From an uncultured archaeon (GTDB taxonomy: Archaea > Asgardarchaeota > Thorarchaeia > Thorarchaeales > Thorarchaeaceae): a stretch of DNA of 32,000 nucleotides. The stretch covers positions 90,001 to 122,000 of the forward strand of contig CAZYLT010000006.1 of NCBI GenBank assembly GCA_964648855.1, read 5' to 3'. Positions 1 through 8,402 of the stretch are shown one piece after another; within the stretch, counting starts at the first letter, position 1, and every line of letters begins with the position of its first letter. Made by a program: the position numbers and the translations under genes. A model generated the notes under the pieces. That model did not search any database. It had not been told where the DNA came from and saw only the letters and a list, made by a program, of their open reading frames with translations.

Positions 1-375
1 CAGTTATTTCTGGCAGTGCCAAATATTCTATTTGGAATCATGGTCAGTTTGCTTATTGGCATCAATCTTGCTATATCCTACTACACATACAAGTATCGGA
101 CTCTCTGTAGAATTAATCCGTCACAGAGTATGGCGTTGTCGGTTCCATCACTTCTCACAGGTATTGCTTGTTGCGGTCCCAGTATTCTCTTATCTTTGGG
201 AATAGCTTCTGTTGCTGGTACAGTTGCTCTGGTTTCCCTCTTGCCCTTTCTCCTCCCCCTTGCTCTCACAGGATTGGTGTTGAGTATTGCCTGGAGTGGA
301 TATCGGCTAGAAAAAGCTGAATCAAGCAATGAATCAGAGAAGGGAATCGATGTGACCAAGGTCACAATTGAATAG
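1..375 (+). CDS. C-terminal part of an integral membrane protein with an ACCGP motif (5' end lies outside the window)
   Basis: The frame is open from base 1 (QLFLAVPNILFG...). It has three hydrophobic segments and a vicinal-Cys motif, GIACCGP. The 3' end overlaps the convergent gene by 42 bp. Confidence 0.75.
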   Translation, partial: QLFLAVPNILFGIMVSLLIGINLAISYYTYKYRTLCRINPSQSMALSVPSLLTGIACCGPSILLSLGIASVAGTVALVSLLPFLLPLALTGLVLSIAWSGYRLEKAESSNESEKGIDVTKVTIE

Positions 376-1032
376 AAATACGTCAGTGGCACGAATTCCT
401 TCGCGAATCACATCATGTCGGCTTATGCAGTGTTTTGAATGCAATCTATGGTGGTTTTCCTGAAAGAGGTTAGAGTGCCCGCACCGGTTGGGATTGCCGA
501 TCCAAATCATTGGAACGCCGGTATCTGCAATTTCAATCCCCTTCTCGGAATAGCGGGGTTCCCATGACATAACCACGATGGCTGGATTGAATTTCTGAAT
601 TGCCTCCTCTGCATCCAGCTTATGAACCCATTTTGGATACGCTATATTGTATCTCTCGGACTTGGCATCAGTGGCAACGTATTCCCTGTCAATTAGATCT
701 CCTAGAAACTCAGCGAGTCTACCATCACCAGCCATTACTTCAAGGATGGGTCCATTTCTAACGATTTGCGAGAGGATATCTTCTATTACGAATGCCAGCT
801 CTTGAATGAATTCAATAGAATAGATCTGGAATAACCATCGTGCTCCTGCATTATTGCCGTTACAGTATTCTCTGATCGAATATGCCCTCTCAATATGCTG
901 CAAGAAATCGATTACGTCACTGTAGGAGTGGAGTTTGGCGTGTAAATCTATGAATTCGCCGTGTTCGTCTATCATCCAGTCATTAACCGAGCTATCTTTC
1001 TGCTTGCTCAATCCATCCTCGCTTTCGGGCAT
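334..1032 (-). CDS. Hypothetical protein with a class I SAM-dependent methyltransferase-like fold
   Basis: Motif I-like ILEVMAGDGRLA, followed by VATD and VVMSWEP. The likely start is the ATG at 1032 (MPESEDG); the ORF track extends it to 1101. Confidence 0.7.
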   Translation of the reverse strand: MPESEDGLSKQKDSSVNDWMIDEHGEFIDLHAKLHSYSDVIDFLQHIERAYSIREYCNGNNAGARWLFQIYSIEFIQELAFVIEDILSQIVRNGPILEVMAGDGRLAEFLGDLIDREYVATDAKSERYNIAYPKWVHKLDAEEAIQKFNPAIVVMSWEPRYSEKGIEIADTGVPMIWIGNPNRCGHSNLFQENHHRLHSKHCISRHDVIREGIRATDVFLFNCDLGHIDSLL

Positions 1033-1209
1033 GCGATGTTGCCCTAGAATGTGTACTATAAACAATAGCATCCGGCTATATGGAAGTTGAAGCAGAAGCA
1101 ATGAACATTGAAAACTGTTAATAGGCTATTTGTCCATGTGCACGTGGGAATGGAGTTCAGTAACTGACGGGCATCAGTACCCATCTGAGCTTCAGGCTAT
1201 GTGGTAGAA

Positions 1210-2016
1210 ATGATAGATGCACATTGTCACTTGACTGTGTATGGGGATGAAACTGAACAGGCGATAAGAGACATCGAAGGAAACAATATGATTGTGGTTG
1301 CGGTGTCCTCCGATTTTTCGACATTTCAGGAAACCAAATCTCGTATCCAAAAATCTGACTGCATTATTCCTAGTTTTGGCATACATCCAAAGGTTGCTCA
1401 ACACCATAGGAACCGGTTGGAAGAAATTCCCCAAATGGTGGGTTCGGCCGGAGTCATTGGAGAGATCGGTTTAGATAAGAAATCGGCATTTGATGAATCA
1501 CGCCTAAATAGTCAGAAAAAAGTCTTTGAAGCTATTCTTGAGGCTGCGTGTGAATGCAATAAAGCGGTCAATGTTCATTGTAATGGCGCAGAACAAGAGG
1601 TCCTCTCTATTCTAGAAAAATACAACCCTCCTGGAGTGATTCTTCATGGCTATGAGGGAACAATCGAGTCATTGTCGCGGGTTATCGATAACAATTTCAT
1701 GATATCAATTGGTCGAGGGATACTTGGGGAGTTTAAGGATCGCAACCCGTTATGGAATCGAACGAGAGAGATTGCAAAAAACACTCCTTATGATTTGCTC
1801 TTGGTAGAGAGTGATGTCCCGGTTGTCAATCCCCTTATGATGCCGTCAGAGTTGATTTCTGAGCTGATTGAGGAACTCTCGCTTATCAGGAATGAAACTG
1901 CTATTGAAATTGCTGCTCAGACCAGACGCAATCTTAGGGAAGTCCTAATATCCACTCCTGGCCTGGAGAAATATTGTAACAAGCTACACATGGTCCATTC
2001 AAAAGAAATGGAATAG
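1210..2016 (+). CDS. tatD: TatD family metal-dependent DNase/hydrolase
   Basis: Motifs MIDAHCHL, FGIHP, IGEIGLD, VNVH, VILHGY and LLVESD. Start placed at the ATG at 1210. Confidence 0.9.
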   Translation: MIDAHCHLTVYGDETEQAIRDIEGNNMIVVAVSSDFSTFQETKSRIQKSDCIIPSFGIHPKVAQHHRNRLEEIPQMVGSAGVIGEIGLDKKSAFDESRLNSQKKVFEAILEAACECNKAVNVHCNGAEQEVLSILEKYNPPGVILHGYEGTIESLSRVIDNNFMISIGRGILGEFKDRNPLWNRTREIAKNTPYDLLLVESDVPVVNPLMMPSELISELIEELSLIRNETAIEIAAQTRRNLREVLISTPGLEKYCNKLHMVHSKEME

Positions 2017-2195
2017 ACCTCACAAAACACGAAATCGCAGTATCTTCTGAATGAAAAGAACTCGACGTCGGCAAAGCCAAATCTCCACATTGTTGACCAG
2101 ATTGGAAATGACAGAATACGGCAGCAGGAAGTAACTCTTTAATACGCACAAAAGACTATTCGTGATATAGATAGAATTTTGGAGGGGAAATTCAG

Positions 2196-2417
2196 ATGGG
2201 TCCAGAAGCAAAAGACAAGCTTACGTTAAGATGTTTCCATTGTGGCGCATCATATCTCTATTCGAAACAACAGATTGGGGATGAAGGCATTGTACATTGC
2301 CAGAATTGTGGTACAAGATTCAACTTCCCTGAGGACCCTGTTCTGTCAGGTGTAGGGGCTGAATTAAAACAAGAAATGAAGATAGCGGCATTACTTATGA
2401 AGTTAGAAACGCAATAA
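2196..2417 (+). CDS. Small Zn-ribbon protein (CxxC...CxxC)
   Basis: CFHC...CQNC zinc knuckle pairs. GGAGG lies just upstream and TTTAATA (TATA-like) sits near 2138. Confidence 0.7.
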   Translation: MGPEAKDKLTLRCFHCGASYLYSKQQIGDEGIVHCQNCGTRFNFPEDPVLSGVGAELKQEMKIAALLMKLETQ

Positions 2418-2446
2418 TACCTCCTAATCGTCAGGAATAAGTTTCT

Positions 2447-2668
2447 CTAAGTAAGGTGAATTATCGCCACAGGACAGGCATCGGCCGCAGATTGTGCACA
2501 CTCTTCATGGTCCTCGGGAATTTCGCCATGTGCTCCATCCTCGGCTTGGTATTCTTCAACAACCTGAGCTATATCATCATCTCCAAGTACAAATACTTCG
2601 GGGCATACATCTTCACAGGTTCCACACATTATGCATTCTTCTTGATCTATTATTACGTTGATAGGCAA
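2447..2668 (-). CDS. Acidic ferredoxin (4Fe-4S, single-cluster type)
   Basis: CIMCGTCEDVCP...ADACPV motif and a very acidic composition. Start is probably TTG at 2668 or GTG at 2671 rather than 2725. Confidence 0.9.
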   Translation of the reverse strand: MPINVIIDQEECIMCGTCEDVCPEVFVLGDDDIAQVVEEYQAEDGAHGEIPEDHEECAQSAADACPVAIIHLT

Positions 2669-2860
2669 CACATACCACCGTAAAGAAGATGAAGGCTTTA
2701 TATTATAACTATAGTGAAACAACAACCGAAAAATCTAATGCCACAACTAGGTCAACAGGAGCTGACCATAGGTCTAAAAAGCGATTCCCATATCTGAAAA
2801 ATGGAAGTGAACTAAGGTTGGATTGCGTTCTTCTTGCGTAGAAGCTCTTTTTGCGAGTCC

Positions 2861-2867
2861 TTTATAG
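2861..2867 (+). promoter_or_regulatory. Putative TATA box of leuS
   Basis: TTTATAG about 52 nt upstream of the leuS ATG. Confidence 0.4.
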
Positions 2868-2918
2868 CGGGCTCTGTTCACAACCGACTTATCATCACCC
2901 TACAAGAGGTTTCCAAAG

Positions 2919-5840
2919 ATGAGTGAGTTTGCCGAGATAGAGAGAAAGTGGCAGAAGAGATGGAAGACGGAGAAGGTCTTCGAAGTTGACCCAGATGAGA
3001 AGAAAAAGAAATTCTTCTTGACGGTACCCTATCCCTATGTCAATGGGGCACTGCATATCGGTCACGGAAGAACCTATACTATAGGTGACTTGATTGCTCG
3101 TTGGAAGCGGATGCAGGGGTACAACGTACTGTTTCCGATGGCTTCTCACATGACAGGAACCCCCATACAGGGAATGGTTGACCGAATTAAGGAGGGTGAC
3201 CCTGATGCCATTGAGCAATATGAGAGGGACCTGCGTCTCTATTTTGATACTGAAGAAGAAGTACAAGAACAGCTGGCAGAATTCACTGATGCTTGGAAGA
3301 CTGCCGAGTTCTTTGCTGATGTCATTTCTAACGATTTTGACGCCCTGGGCTATAGCATAGACTGGCGGAGGAAATTCACAACAGGTGACCCCATCTACAA
3401 TAAGTTCATCGAATGGCAATATGAAAAATTCATGGATAAAGGCTACATAGGGCAGGGCAACTATCCTCTGCTCTATTGTCCTAGCTGCGGCAATCCTGTT
3501 GGTGAAGACGACTTGTTGGAGGGCGAAACCGCCAAGATAAAGGAATTTACCGCGATCAAGTTTCCTTTCAAGGATGGATATCTGGTTGCCGCGACTTTGC
3601 GACCCGAAACCATCTTTGGTATCACCAATATGTGGATCAACCCCTCTGCAACCTATGTTTGGGTGAGAGTCAATGATGAAGCGATGTTCAAGGAAGAAAA
3701 GTGGGTCGTATCCAAGGAAGCAGCCAAAAAACTTGAACTGCAAGCCAAGGAGGTTGAAATCATAGAAGAATTCCCTGGCGAACAAATCATCGGTGAACGG
3801 TTCAAGGCAGTACACGAAGATAAGGACCTCCTGATTCTTCCCGGTCCGTTTGTGAATCCTGAGAATGCAACGGGTGTTGTCTACTCCGTTCCTGGTCATG
3901 CACCCTTTGACTATGTGGCTTTGCGCGACCTATGGGATGATCCGTCACCCTTGGAGAAGTTTGGCATCTCTGGTGAAGAAGTAAGAAACATTGAGATTAT
4001 CAGCATGATAGACATCGAGGGTTATGGTGACTGTCCTGCAAAAGAAGCTGTAGAGTCACGGGAAATAGAATCACAAGACGAATCCGAGAAGTTGGAAGAA
4101 GCAACTCAAGAGATCTACAAAGCAGAATTCTACGATGGCGTCATGAAGGACAATTGCATGCAGTTCTCAGGACGTCAAATCAAGGACGTCAAAGAGGATG
4201 TCACTGAATGGATGCGAGAGAGCAATTCTAGCGATGTATTTTTCGAGCCGGACACTCGACCTGTTGTCTGCAAATGTGGGACTGATATTCAAGTTGGAGT
4301 CTTCTCCGGTCAATGGTTCTTGGACTATACTAGTGGTAACTGGAAAGAACAGGCTAGAGAGGCTTTAGACGAGATGTGTATAGTTCCAGAGATTTTCAGG
4401 AATCTGTTTGAAGCTACCTTTGACTGGCTGAAGCAGAGACCCTGCGCACGAAAGCGAGGTATTGGAACACGTCTGCCCTTTGACGATGAATGGATCATTG
4501 AGAGTCTGTCTGATTCGACCATCTACATGGCATTCTACACTGTTGCCCATCACATTAAGGACAACGACTTGAAACACAATCAATTAATCCCTGCGTTCTT
4601 TGACTTCGTATTTCTAGGTCAGGGCACGCCTGCTGAGGTATCAGACAAGACTGATATTGAGTCCTCATTATTGAAAACGATGCGCGAGGAGTTCCTCTAC
4701 TGGTATCCCAATGACCAGCGACATACCGCGCCCTCTCATATCTCAAACCATCTAAGCTTTGCCATTTTCCATCATGTTGCCATATTTCCCAAGAAACACT
4801 GGCTGCAGTGCATCAGTCTGAATGAGCATGTGAATATGGAGGGTGGAAGGATGTCAAAGAGTAAGGGCAATGTCATTCCACTGGTTGAGATTCCAAAGAA
4901 ATACGGCGCTGATGTCTTTAGAACCTATGTTATCTCTGCAGCAGAACCGGGTAGCCTGATGGATTGGCGTGAACGAGATGTTCCTGCAGTGAAAAACCGA
5001 TTGCAGCAGTTCATGAATATTGTCAAGCGATTCTCTGACAATGAGCCAAAAGTCCTCAGAGAGAAGGACAAGTCTTCAAAGATGACACGCTGGTTATTGT
5101 CGAAGGTCAACTCTATAGTGAGGGATTGCAGCGAATTTCTAGAGAACTTCCGATTAAGAGACTATGCCATCTATTCAACCTCAGAGATGACACGAGCTGT
5201 TAACCGGTATCTACAGCGCTCAGATATTCCTGACAAAGAGGTCAATGACACGATGGCTTATGTCTGTGATATTTGGGTGCGATTAGTTGCCCCTATGGCT
5301 CCACATGTTTCTGAAGAACTATGGGCAGTCCTAAATGGCGAGGGTTTCGTATCATTTGCGTCTTGGCCACAAGCGGATGAGTCATTGATTGACTTGTCAG
5401 TAGAAAAGGCACTGGAAGTGGTTCAGTCCACTATTGGCGATATTCGGGAGATAACAAAACTTCTGAGGGGAAATGAGCCCGAAATAGCTCATCTCTATGT
5501 TGCTCCACAATGGATGTTTGACGCCATGAACAGCATCCAAGAGAGTGATGTTTCTCTGGAGATCGGTGGTATCATGAGACACTTGATGTCCCAGGATAGG
5601 TTCCGAAAGCACGGAAAGCAAGTCAAATCCATAGTAGATCGGATTGCGAAGGAAAACGGTCTATGGGTTTACTCTGCTAATGCTAACTCTGAATTAGAAG
5701 TACTGAAGGACTCAAGGGACTATATGAGTTCAGAGCTAGGGCTCGATATTAAGGTGCACTCCGCAGAATCCCCTTCTCACGATCCAGAGAAAAAGGCAAG
5801 GTTTGCCTTGCCCGGGAGAGTTTCCATATTCTTGGAATAA
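2919..5840 (+). CDS. leuS: Leucine--tRNA ligase, archaeal/eukaryotic type
   Basis: PYPYVNGALHIGH, CP1 editing motifs (AATLRPET, TGVVYSVPGHAPFD), RMSKSKGN and an archaeal C-terminus (ARFALPGRVSIFLE). Confidence 0.97.
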   Translation: MSEFAEIERKWQKRWKTEKVFEVDPDEKKKKFFLTVPYPYVNGALHIGHGRTYTIGDLIARWKRMQGYNVLFPMASHMTGTPIQGMVDRIKEGDPDAIEQYERDLRLYFDTEEEVQEQLAEFTDAWKTAEFFADVISNDFDALGYSIDWRRKFTTGDPIYNKFIEWQYEKFMDKGYIGQGNYPLLYCPSCGNPVGEDDLLEGETAKIKEFTAIKFPFKDGYLVAATLRPETIFGITNMWINPSATYVWVRVNDEAMFKEEKWVVSKEAAKKLELQAKEVEIIEEFPGEQIIGERFKAVHEDKDLLILPGPFVNPENATGVVYSVPGHAPFDYVALRDLWDDPSPLEKFGISGEEVRNIEIISMIDIEGYGDCPAKEAVESREIESQDESEKLEEATQEIYKAEFYDGVMKDNCMQFSGRQIKDVKEDVTEWMRESNSSDVFFEPDTRPVVCKCGTDIQVGVFSGQWFLDYTSGNWKEQAREALDEMCIVPEIFRNLFEATFDWLKQRPCARKRGIGTRLPFDDEWIIESLSDSTIYMAFYTVAHHIKDNDLKHNQLIPAFFDFVFLGQGTPAEVSDKTDIESSLLKTMREEFLYWYPNDQRHTAPSHISNHLSFAIFHHVAIFPKKHWLQCISLNEHVNMEGGRMSKSKGNVIPLVEIPKKYGADVFRTYVISAAEPGSLMDWRERDVPAVKNRLQQFMNIVKRFSDNEPKVLREKDKSSKMTRWLLSKVNSIVRDCSEFLENFRLRDYAIYSTSEMTRAVNRYLQRSDIPDKEVNDTMAYVCDIWVRLVAPMAPHVSEELWAVLNGEGFVSFASWPQADESLIDLSVEKALEVVQSTIGDIREITKLLRGNEPEIAHLYVAPQWMFDAMNSIQESDVSLEIGGIMRHLMSQDRFRKHGKQVKSIVDRIAKENGLWVYSANANSELEVLKDSRDYMSSELGLDIKVHSAESPSHDPEKKARFALPGRVSIFLE

Positions 5841-5844
5841 TAAA

Positions 5845-6741
5845 CTAGCTCTTTGAAACTGCCTCAGCCAGTACTTCCTGAAAGTCTGCTCCAACGGTTA
5901 GAAGTTGTTTTGGTTCCTTCATAATTATCTCGAATCTGAAGATTATCCCAAGATGCGTGTTGCTCCAATAGAAGTATTCAGGTTTTTGAACAAACTTGAA
6001 TCGCCATTCTTTGCACAGATTGTCAAAGGTTTCCCGTATCTCCTCTATCGAATGGTCCCGATGCACATAGATATCGAAAGTGTAACGAAAAATCTCGTCT
6101 CCCTTTGTAAGATACCTCAGCTTCTCGATGGCCATCGAAACCTTGTTGTCATAGTCATGTTCACCGACCCATTCCCTTCCTCGGTCAGCCATGTAGTCAT
6201 CGATTCTTATCCTGAAGTTTGTTACCTCTGATTCTAGCACTTTGGTATTGGGAACATACTGCCTGCTATAGTCGGGCAGCAAGAGTCTAGTATAATTCAA
6301 GGTAATCTCAAGAATAATACCCTCCAAGACACCGATTTTCACATAGTCCCCCACTCGGAAGGGTCGAGCGGCAAGAACATATATCCCACTGACAAGATTA
6401 CTGAGGGACTTCGAAAATGCTAAACCGACAGCAGTTCCCACAAGGGCGCTTAGCGCAATCAGTTCTGAACCTAAGGCAAGATTTGTGACCGCAAGAACAG
6501 CAACAAATGCAATTCCGAAGAAAATCAGTCTGATAACAAATATTATTCCTGCCCCGGCTTCTTTGGGCATTCCCACCTTTCTGAATGAAATCTTGGTGGC
6601 TCTTACAGTAACCAAGTAAATGACATAGATAATCAACAAGAATGGGAGGATGGCTATGAACTCTGCTGATCCACCAAGCCCAATCGGAGTTAAGAGGGTC
6701 CTTAAGATTTCAACGAAGCTTTCCCACAGTCCCTGTTGCAC
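5845..6741 (-). CDS. mscS: Small-conductance mechanosensitive channel family protein (paralog B)
   Basis: Three TM helices, then GLAFSKSLSNLVSG...RPFRVGDYVKIG...G...EITLNYTRL...VPN. Likely start is GTG at 6741. Confidence 0.9.
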   Translation of the reverse strand: MQQGLWESFVEILRTLLTPIGLGGSAEFIAILPFLLIIYVIYLVTVRATKISFRKVGMPKEAGAGIIFVIRLIFFGIAFVAVLAVTNLALGSELIALSALVGTAVGLAFSKSLSNLVSGIYVLAARPFRVGDYVKIGVLEGIILEITLNYTRLLLPDYSRQYVPNTKVLESEVTNFRIRIDDYMADRGREWVGEHDYDNKVSMAIEKLRYLTKGDEIFRYTFDIYVHRDHSIEEIRETFDNLCKEWRFKFVQKPEYFYWSNTHLGIIFRFEIIMKEPKQLLTVGADFQEVLAEAVSKS

Positions 6742-6858
6742 ATCTGCTCTCTCCCAGACGAGAAAGCACATACACTACTTCAAGTTAAATTCTTCTCTAT
6801 TTTTAATCAGTGCGTTTCAGGGAGCACGGTGGATACAGAGGGAATAGATATTTCTCAT

Positions 6859-7740
6859 CTAACCATGAACTGTTCGAACGAGTTCTGCTTGGAAGTCTGC
6901 GCCCTTTTGCAGTAGCTTCTTGGGGTCGTCAACGATTATTGCAAACCCGAAAGCAACACCATTGTAGTCATTATTGCTATAATACATCTCTGGAGTGGTT
7001 AGGAATTCTTTATCCCATTTCTCTACAACTTCCTGTAGTCTTGGTCTAACAGTACTCACATCGTATAGCCTATGAACCATGACTTCAAACGTATACCTAT
7101 AGACCTCCTCACCCGTTGTCAAGGTCCTGAATTTCTGCATGGCTGTCCCAAGGTAGCCGCTTTTGGCCTCCTCCTCTTGAGTCATGTAATCTTCAGCTCT
7201 CACTCGGAAGTTGGTCAGCTTTGACTCCACAACATCAGAGTTGGGAATAAGCTCTGTTGTTAAATCCGGCTTTGTCACACGTGTATAATTCAGTGTGATG
7301 TCACGGACAATGCCCTCTAAGGACCCCAGTCGAATGTAGTCTCCGATCCTGAACGGCCGCGAGGCAAAGACATACAGGCCGCTCACGACATTACTCAGTG
7401 ACTTGGAAAAGGCAAGACCTACAGCGGTCCCGATAAGAGCACCAAATGCTATTACTCCCTCACCTGCGACCAGATTTGTCACAGCTAGCCCTGCAATCAC
7501 TGCGATGCCGAAGAAAATCAATCTGACAATGAATACGACTCCTGTTGTGGCTTCTTTGGGAAGGCCGGTTCTCTGAAATGAGACCCGAATTGACCGAGCA
7601 ACAATCAGATAGACAATATAGAGGATGATGAGGAATGGAACTATCGCAATATATTGTGCATACGCATCCAGCCCCAAAGGCTGAAGTAGTGTTGCCAAGA
7701 AGTTCACAAAGTCCTGATACGGATTGAAACCCTGCATCAT
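6859..7740 (-). CDS. mscS: Small-conductance mechanosensitive channel family protein (paralog A)
   Basis: GLAFSKSLSNVVSG...RPFRIGDYIRLG...DITLNYTRV...IPNS, colinear with the adjacent paralog. Likely start is ATG at 7740 or 7737. Confidence 0.9.
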   Translation of the reverse strand: MMQGFNPYQDFVNFLATLLQPLGLDAYAQYIAIVPFLIILYIVYLIVARSIRVSFQRTGLPKEATTGVVFIVRLIFFGIAVIAGLAVTNLVAGEGVIAFGALIGTAVGLAFSKSLSNVVSGLYVFASRPFRIGDYIRLGSLEGIVRDITLNYTRVTKPDLTTELIPNSDVVESKLTNFRVRAEDYMTQEEEAKSGYLGTAMQKFRTLTTGEEVYRYTFEVMVHRLYDVSTVRPRLQEVVEKWDKEFLTTPEMYYSNNDYNGVAFGFAIIVDDPKKLLQKGADFQAELVRTVHG

Positions 7741-7817
7741 CGCGAGTATCCTCAGTACCAATGGTGCATTAACGATAATTAAGACTTATGATAATCGAAT
7801 TGGATGGAAATGGGCAC

Positions 7818-8249
7818 CTAAAGATAGTAGAAGACATAGAATGCTATGCCTCCACCAAAGGAATACAGCCATAGAATCAAAGCTGCATACATCAGGCGTC
7901 GGGAGCCACAGAGTAACGGGTCCTTATTCCTGAGCTTAATCATGAATCTGCCTGCAAACAACAACCCGAGGCCAACAGCCACACTTCCGACAATACTATG
8001 AACGATTGTAATCGATTGCCCAATTCCTCCTGTGTATGGGATGAGCGCATCAATATTAAGAATGAGTGAAGGGGCCATTATAGTTAGTACTGTAACAAGG
8101 TTGATGATAGTCGCAATGCCCATTATCATTCCATGTATTTTGTATGGCTTCTTCTTTATCCATCCAGCCACTAACATGATGACCAATGCAGTTTGGATAA
8201 TCAGATTGATGTCGTAAATCAATGCTGCTTGCTGTGAAAATATTCCCAT
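7818..8249 (-). CDS. 4-TM membrane protein, DUF420-like
   Basis: Four hydrophobic helices with His in helices 2 and 3 (KIHGMIM, IVHSIVG) and a ...GIAFYVFYYL C-terminus. TTTAAGGG (TATA-like) at 8288-8281. Confidence 0.75.
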   Translation of the reverse strand: MGIFSQQAALIYDINLIIQTALVIMLVAGWIKKKPYKIHGMIMGIATIINLVTVLTIMAPSLILNIDALIPYTGGIGQSITIVHSIVGSVAVGLGLLFAGRFMIKLRNKDPLLCGSRRLMYAALILWLYSFGGGIAFYVFYYL

Positions 8250-8334
8250 TCCAATCAGTTGTGCATGATGTTGGTGGTTCCCCTTAAATCCTTCTCACAA
8301 CTGATATTGGGGACGAAAGAATGAAGAGAGATGC

Positions 8335-8402
8335 CCAGCACCCCGGGCAGGGGTGTCCGATTCGGCTCACAACTTTACGCCGAACCTTCATCCGCCGCTG
8401 GT
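8335..8402 (-). promoter_or_regulatory. Eukaryote-like SECIS element of vhuU
   Basis: The minus strand reads CCAGC-GGCGG-AUGAA-GGUUCGGC-GUAAAGUUGUGA-GCCGAAUC-GGAC-ACCCCUGCCCGGGGU-GCUGG. This gives an AUGA/GA core, an 8-bp upper helix and an apical AAA, about 80 nt downstream of an in-frame UGA. Confidence 0.85.

Noticed and set aside
2051-2134. 27-codon basic ORF (MKRTRRRQSQ...) between tatD and the Zn-ribbon gene
   Set aside because: Too short to support, with no independent evidence.
2895-3899. 334-aa ORF antisense to leuS
   Set aside because: It is a shadow ORF fully overlapping a conserved essential gene, with no motifs. The same applies to the many other short antisense or out-of-frame ORFs in the track.
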